From positions 1,359,042 to 1,423,041 of the forward strand of contig OZ255710.1 of assembly GCA_965277105.1 (NCBI GenBank): 64,000 nt of DNA, in the 5' to 3' direction. The position numbers were made by a program, and so were the translations under genes. How positions within the stretch are numbered: position 1 is the stretch's first letter; the number at the start of each line of letters is the position of its first letter. Under the pieces are notes generated by a model that was given only the letters and a program-made list of their open reading frames with translations, made no database searches and was not told the DNA's origin. The stretch is from Spirochaetota bacterium (lineage in GTDB: Bacteria > Spirochaetota > UBA12135 > COTS27 > CAXSBA01). Shown one piece after another: positions 59,056 to 64,000 of this stretch.

Positions 59056-60156
59056 ATGAGTTTTTTACAAATTAACAATTTATCTAAATCTTTCGATAGT
59101 AAAATTCCTATCCTAAAAGACATTAATATCTCCATTGCCAAAGGAGAATTTTTAGTGCTCCTGGGGCCTTCGGGTTGTGGGAAATCTACCCTATTAAACT
59201 GCATAGCTGGACTTCTAAATTTTAATGAAGGGGATATTTTTATCAATGACCGCAACATGAATAAAGTCCATCCTTCTAGAAGGGATATTGCTATGGTTTT
59301 CCAATCCTATGCTTTATATCCTAATATGTCAGTAAAAAAAAACATTAGCTTTGGCATGAAAATTCGTAAAGAAAATAAAAAAACCATTGCCACAAAAATT
59401 CAGGAAGTGGCTAAAGTCTTGAATATAGAAGAAATTCTTAATCGAAAGCCCTCCCAGTTATCCGGGGGGCAGCAGCAACGAGTCGCCATTGCCCGGGCCT
59501 TGGTGCGAAATCCTTTGCTGTTTTTATTTGATGAACCTTTATCAAACTTAGATGCTAAGCTAAGGGTTAAAATGAGAACAGAGATAAAAAAACTCCACAA
59601 GCAACTCCAAGTAACTATCGTCTACGTTACCCATGACCAAATTGAAGCCATGACTTTAGCGGATAAAATTGCTATCGTTGATAAAGGAGAGATTAAGCAA
59701 TTTGGTTCCCCTAAAAATATTTACTTTAAACCCAACAGTACCTTTGTTGCTCGTTTTATCGGGACGCCTCCTATGAATTTACTTTCAGGAATTTTAAAAA
59801 GCAAAAACAATCAACTAAGTTTTGTCTTGGGGAAAAATGCTTTAACGATACCTACTGAAAAAATCAGCGAAGAATTAAAAAAGCAGATTGGCGAAGAAAT
59901 TATTCTAGGGATTAGACCTGAAGATGTTCATCCCCATAAACAGAGCAGTTCTTCTCAGTGGGAAATTCCCATTAGCGTTAGTTTAATTGAGCCCCAGGGG
60001 GCTGATAATTTGATTGTTGCCAACTTGGAAGGCCAAGAAATAATTGGTCGCCACCATAATAGTTTTTTTATAAACGAGGAAAAGATTAATCGCTTTTACT
60101 TAAATACTGAGAAAATTCTTTTCTTTGATAAAAAAACCAAGAAAGTTATTATCTAA
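59056..60156 (+). CDS. malK: Sugar ABC transporter ATP-binding protein (MalK/GtsD-like)
   Basis: 366 aa; motifs [19 protein letters not shown] and LFLFDEPLS; C-terminal regulatory/TOBE-like domain. Confidence 0.85.
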   Translation: MSFLQINNLSKSFDSKIPILKDINISIAKGEFLVLLGPSGCGKSTLLNCIAGLLNFNEGDIFINDRNMNKVHPSRRDIAMVFQSYALYPNMSVKKNISFGMKIRKENKKTIATKIQEVAKVLNIEEILNRKPSQLSGGQQQRVAIARALVRNPLLFLFDEPLSNLDAKLRVKMRTEIKKLHKQLQVTIVYVTHDQIEAMTLADKIAIVDKGEIKQFGSPKNIYFKPNSTFVARFIGTPPMNLLSGILKSKNNQLSFVLGKNALTIPTEKISEELKKQIGEEIILGIRPEDVHPHKQSSSSQWEIPISVSLIEPQGADNLIVANLEGQEIIGRHHNSFFINEEKINRFYLNTEKILFFDKKTKKVII

Positions 60157-60178
60157 AAATTATTTAATTTAACCCAAG

Positions 60179-61339
60179 TTACTTTGTATCACCACTAAGC
60201 ATTTCTTCTATTGCTTTTTTTACCATAGCAGGAGTAACGGAGTTGATATTATAAAAACTTCTCCTACGATATTTTTGATAATTTGCAGTAAAATCATTTG
60301 CTCTTATTTTAAGAGGGAAAACAACTTGAGATCTACTACTTACTTTTTTAGGGTAGGGGAAAAAACGCCCAAAGCTATTGCCATTAGAAACAACCATGAC
60401 TTTTTTTAGCCCTAAAGCAATCGCGAGATGAGGGGCAAAAGTATCATTACTTAATAGGAATTGAGCATTTTTTAAAACGCCAGTAATTTCTTTTAACGAG
60501 AGCTTCCCTACTAGATTAATAAAAAAACCTCCTCTAAGAGTAGCAACTTCTGCTAGCTCGTTTTTACCACCTAAAACAACAATGGGAATGGGAGTTTTTT
60601 GTAACCAGTTAGCAATTTCTTGGAAGTTTCTTAAATTCCATTTTCTAAATTTTTTACTAGCCCCAATAAAAAAAGCAACGTATTTTTTCGGTAAAGTTAT
60701 ATTAGCTGGACAGTGGGAGCTGGTGATTTTAGGGCTCCTCATAGTTAATTTTTTTTGTAAAATTTGTTCGAAAAAAAAACGGTTTTTGAAAAAGTCAAAA
60801 TAAATTTCTTTTTTAGAAAAAAGAAGTGAGGTGTAAAATCGGTCGCTTAACTTTTTAATAACTTTTAGTATATTCGTGCTGTCCCCAAAAAAACCTATTT
60901 TGACTTTACTGGTGGTGTTTTTTACCAATAAATCCATTAGCAAAGTTCTGCTATAAACCGGATTGATGACTTCACTAAAATTAATCCTTTTAATTTCTGC
61001 AATTTTTTTGTGGGCATAAGGGAAACTCCTGGTGATTTTTTTCATGTCTACCCAGATAAATTTTTTCACATACTTAGAGTCGAGAAAAAGTGCTAAATCT
61101 TGCCAAGCGGCGTTCCCCAAAACATAAAGATCATATCCTTTATACTTTTTAGCTTGATGAATTTCTTGAATAAAATTACGAAATAAAATATAGTCGCCAA
61201 TGGCATCAAGGCGAATGATTAGGATAGCTTTTTTAGTAGGAGATGATTTTAACGAAGGGCTAAAAAAAAAAAAGAGATAAAAACCCCACCTCATTATTAA
61301 AAAAAAAAGAAACGACAAGAAGTTCATCAAGGCATTCAT
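60179..61339 (-). CDS. Glycosyltransferase family 9 (heptosyltransferase-like)
   Basis: 386 aa; the motif IIRLDAIGDYILFRN and the C-terminal NDTFAPHLAIALG are GT9-like. The N-terminal hydrophobic segment is encoded by T10 and T12 tracts. Confidence 0.65.
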   Translation of the reverse strand: MNALMNFLSFLFFLIMRWGFYLFFFFSPSLKSSPTKKAILIIRLDAIGDYILFRNFIQEIHQAKKYKGYDLYVLGNAAWQDLALFLDSKYVKKFIWVDMKKITRSFPYAHKKIAEIKRINFSEVINPVYSRTLLMDLLVKNTTSKVKIGFFGDSTNILKVIKKLSDRFYTSLLFSKKEIYFDFFKNRFFFEQILQKKLTMRSPKITSSHCPANITLPKKYVAFFIGASKKFRKWNLRNFQEIANWLQKTPIPIVVLGGKNELAEVATLRGGFFINLVGKLSLKEITGVLKNAQFLLSNDTFAPHLAIALGLKKVMVVSNGNSFGRFFPYPKKVSSRSQVVFPLKIRANDFTANYQKYRRRSFYNINSVTPAMVKKAIEEMLSGDTK

Positions 61340-61349
61340 GCTAAGTTTT

Positions 61350-62285
61350 TTAAAAGGGATTATGCTCGCTAGGCGAGTACCAATTGTAGATTTTTCTTAC
61401 CGTGCTAGTGGGTAAAATAAAAAAAACCACTAAGGCTAATTTTCTAATCGGGTCGTAAAAAGAAATTAACTGGGAGTCGAAAAATAACTGACTAGCCATT
61501 TTTTTATCACCTAATAATAAAGCGTTCATAGTGGCTAAAATAATTTCTCTTTGTAAAAGTTTTTGATAATCAGCTAATTTTTCTTTTGCTACTAAAGGAA
61601 TATTTTTTTTAAGAAAATCAACTAAATAATGAATAAGGAATTTATTTCTTTGATTTTTTACTTCGGAAAGGGAGGAGTAATTTTTATTATAAACAGCGTA
61701 AGATTTAGGAGAAAAAGCAATAGTACTTTTCAAGGCTATTTGATAAATCAGCTCCCGATCCTCGTAAAGGTTAATTTTTTCATTGAACCCGTTATAGGTA
61801 GAAAAAGTTTTTCGACTGGTGCAGAAATTACTCATATGAACAAAACCTTCTCCCCTTGCCTCATAAAAAAATAAATTTTCTATCAATCCTACTGACTTTT
61901 TTTTAGGGTTTCGAATCTGAGTCTTGGCATACTCTAAAACAGTAGCGCAAGCAAATATTTTAGCGGTGGAATAACTGGTTATTAATTCCTTTAAAGTTTT
62001 TAAGTAGTTTTTATCCCAAGCATCATCGGCGTCAAGGAAAGCTAAAAATTCAAACTGACTTTTTTTAACCCCCAAATTTCTAGCCGCGCTAGGACCTTGA
62101 TTTTCTTGATGGAAAATCTTAATTTTTTTACTTTTGATTTTTTTTACTTCTAATAAGCTATTATCCGTTGAGCCATCATTAATAATGATAATTTCAAAAT
62201 CAGAAAAAGTCTGACTAAGAACACTTGTTAAAGTGCTTTTGATAGTACTTTCTTTATTGTAAAGCGGGATGATAACCGAGAACAT
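61350..62285 (-). CDS. Glycosyltransferase family 2
   Basis: 311 aa; motifs FSVIIPLYNKE, INDGSTD and FLDADDAWD. Confidence 0.8.
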   Translation of the reverse strand: MFSVIIPLYNKESTIKSTLTSVLSQTFSDFEIIIINDGSTDNSLLEVKKIKSKKIKIFHQENQGPSAARNLGVKKSQFEFLAFLDADDAWDKNYLKTLKELITSYSTAKIFACATVLEYAKTQIRNPKKKSVGLIENLFFYEARGEGFVHMSNFCTSRKTFSTYNGFNEKINLYEDRELIYQIALKSTIAFSPKSYAVYNKNYSSLSEVKNQRNKFLIHYLVDFLKKNIPLVAKEKLADYQKLLQREIILATMNALLLGDKKMASQLFFDSQLISFYDPIRKLALVVFFILPTSTVRKIYNWYSPSEHNPF

Positions 62286-62295
62286 TTTTACTCAT

Positions 62296-63729
62296 CTAAC
62301 ACTCAATAATATTAGTAGGAATATTAATCGCCAAACCTCCTTCAGCAGTTTCCTTGTACTTACTATCCATATCCTTAGCCGTATCCCACATGGTTTTAAT
62401 CACATCATCTAAGTGAACAATGGCTTTACCCGGGTCCGTGTTAAGCGCAATCTCACTAGCAGTAATGGCTTTTATAGCTCCCATGCTATTCCTTTCAATG
62501 CACGGGATTTGAACTAACCCTTTAATGGGATCACAAGTAAGCCCTAAATGATGCTCCATAGCAATTTCCGCAGCCATGAGAGTTTTTTTCACAGTACCTC
62601 CCATAATCTGGGTAAGCCCCGCAGCAGCCATAGCCGAAGCAAACCCAATTTCCGCTTGACAACCCCCAACCGCTGCCGAAATAGAGGCATTTTTTTTAAA
62701 TAACGAACCTATTTCACTACTGACCAAAAAAAAAGCTTGCTTTTTTTCATAAGTCATTTGGGGATTGATAAAAGAATAGTAATACATAAAAACCGCAGGA
62801 ATAACTCCAGCAGCCCCGTTAGTAGGAGCTGTGACTATCCTCCCCATAGCGGCATTAACCTCATTAACCGCTAGGGCAAAGCAAGTAATAAATTGATTCA
62901 CCCTGCGAAAATCTTTTTTTTGCTTCTGTAAGACGGTTATCCACTCTTGGACGTTTTGGTATTTTTGGTCTTTTAAAAGTTTTCGATTTAAAGAAGAAGC
63001 CCTGCGATTAACGTTGAGTCCTCCCGGCAAAATCCCCGAAGTATGGCAACCTTCATAAATAGAATGGATCATCGCATCAGCAATTTGGTTAATAAATTTT
63101 TTTAATGCTTGAGGAGATACGTTAGCTAATTCATTGGCTAAAATAATTTCAGTTAAATTTAAATGATGCTTTTTATGATAATGGATAATTTCATTAGCTT
63201 TCTCGATAGGGTAAGGAATTTTTTTTCTAAGAGTAATTATTTTTTTATCGTTTTTTTTTTCAATAAATCCTCCACCCACTGAATAATAAGTCGCTTTAAT
63301 AATTTTTTCCTCTTGATCGTCTTGGATTGTGGCTTGAATATCTATTTGGTTGGGATGCTTTTTAGGAGAAAGTTTTAGTTTAAAAATTAAATCTCGTTTA
63401 ACAGAAAAATTAATTTTAAACTTTTTTGCTAAATAAATGATTCCTTGTTGTTGAATTTTTTCAACTTTTTTTGCAATAGTTTGAGGGTTAATAGTGGTAA
63501 AACTTTCTCCACTTAGTCCTAATAAAATCCCTTTATCCGCACCATGGCCGATGCCGGTTTTTGCTAAAGAATTCCACAGAATAATTTGGATTTTTTTTAC
63601 CTTGGGAAGTTTTTGTTTTTGTTCTAGATCCTTGATAAAATCTAATGCTACCCGCCATGGCCCTATAGTATGCGAACTAGAAGGCCCTAGACTAATTTTA
63701 AAAATATCTTGGATGCTAATTGCTGGCAC
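62296..63729 (-). CDS. sdaA: L-serine ammonia-lyase (Fe-S dependent, single chain)
   Basis: 477 aa; N-terminal FKISLGPSSSHTIGP and C-terminal alpha-domain Cys motifs. GTG start. Confidence 0.9.
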   Translation of the reverse strand: MPAISIQDIFKISLGPSSSHTIGPWRVALDFIKDLEQKQKLPKVKKIQIILWNSLAKTGIGHGADKGILLGLSGESFTTINPQTIAKKVEKIQQQGIIYLAKKFKINFSVKRDLIFKLKLSPKKHPNQIDIQATIQDDQEEKIIKATYYSVGGGFIEKKNDKKIITLRKKIPYPIEKANEIIHYHKKHHLNLTEIILANELANVSPQALKKFINQIADAMIHSIYEGCHTSGILPGGLNVNRRASSLNRKLLKDQKYQNVQEWITVLQKQKKDFRRVNQFITCFALAVNEVNAAMGRIVTAPTNGAAGVIPAVFMYYYSFINPQMTYEKKQAFFLVSSEIGSLFKKNASISAAVGGCQAEIGFASAMAAAGLTQIMGGTVKKTLMAAEIAMEHHLGLTCDPIKGLVQIPCIERNSMGAIKAITASEIALNTDPGKAIVHLDDVIKTMWDTAKDMDSKYKETAEGGLAINIPTNIIEC

Positions 63730-63738
63730 TAATTGCTT

Positions 63739-64000
63739 TTAATTTTCTAAACTCCAATGAATAGCTTCTCCATTTTTAAAGGGAATTAATTTTTCTTTTG
63801 CCAAATAAGGAAAATATTCGGGGATAATTTGTTTTTTTCTAACAATTTTTAGAACTCCAGAAGCTGGTGGAAGTTCGTAATGCTTACGTCCGAAAACGGA
63901 AGCAAAATTTTCAAAATGATCTAGCTTTTTTGCTTGATAAAATACTTCTAAGTAAAAAAAAAGTGCATAGGGAGCAGTGTAAATCCCAGCACAACCACAG
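63739..64000 (-). CDS. C-terminal 87 codons of an unidentified protein (5' end outside the window)
   Basis: Hand translation of the minus strand: ...CGCAGIYTAPYALFFYLEVFYQAKKLDHFENFASVFGRKHYELPPASGVLKIVRKKQIIPEYFPYLAKEKLIPFKNGEAIHWSLEN*. The stop codon is at 63741-63739. The frame is open to the window edge. No family recognised. Confidence 0.4.
   Translation of the reverse strand, partial: CGCAGIYTAPYALFFYLEVFYQAKKLDHFENFASVFGRKHYELPPASGVLKIVRKKQIIPEYFPYLAKEKLIPFKNGEAIHWSLEN

Noticed and set aside
1-64000. CRISPR arrays, IS elements/transposases, integrases, prophage genes, toxin-antitoxin pairs or known defence systems.
   Set aside because: I saw no regularly spaced direct repeats and no ORF with transposase, integrase, nuclease or defence-system signatures. 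The only repeat pair found is the 53.2/54.5 kb duplication.
1-64000. Alternative genetic code (for example UGA reassignment) as an explanation for the low GC content.
   Set aside because: Long conserved proteins (RpoB, RpoC, MutS, AceE, BamA) translate uninterrupted with the standard code and end at sensible positions.

Overview
AT-rich (about 30-35% GC by eye) chromosomal segment from a diderm bacterium. BamA, Skp, LpxD and lipobox lipoproteins are present, the standard genetic code is used, and long A/T homopolymer runs are frequent. I cannot place the phylum from sequence alone. The homodimeric AceE-type PDH, CmoB, TatT and the Pseudomonas/Rhodobacter-like sugar and polyol ABC systems give a loosely proteobacteria-related flavour (inference only).

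About 90% of the window is coding and most of it is core genome:
- uppP, purA and glnA
- bamA-skp-lpxD, then nnr and mdh
- mutS and cmoB
- a very compact tRNA-Trp-secE-nusG-rplKAJL-rpoBC block
- ispH, aceE-aceF-lpd and sdaA

Three accessory or metabolic modules are embedded in it:
1. A smo/mtl-like polyol operon at 12-18.4 kb: CUT1 ABC transporter, mannitol 2-dehydrogenase and a sorbitol-type SDR.
2. A TRAP transporter operon at 35.3-45.2 kb. It carries an extra HEAT-like ORF between Q and M and is followed by an ADHFE1-like hydroxyacid-oxoacid transhydrogenase. That gene is convergent with a YdiJ-like FAD/Fe-S 2-hydroxyacid dehydrogenase. A TatT-family lipoprotein lies upstream, beyond a tRNA-Ile2 and about 0.8 kb of ORF-poor DNA.
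3. A plus-strand block at 53.4-60.2 kb (pyruvyl-transferase-like gene, DUF1479/YbiU-like protein, Gts-type glucose/mannose ABC transporter), followed by GT9 and GT2 glycosyltransferases.

The RNA genes found are tRNA-Trp(CCA) and tRNA-Ile2(CAU). I saw no rRNA, CRISPR array, transposase, integrase or recognisable defence system.

The most concrete unusual observation is a diverged direct duplication of about 200-260 nt that brackets the pyruvyl-transferase-like gene. Its upstream copy contains a decayed 5' end of the DUF1479 gene. I do not see a convincing wholly novel multi-gene system. All functional calls rest on motif and synteny recognition without database searches.
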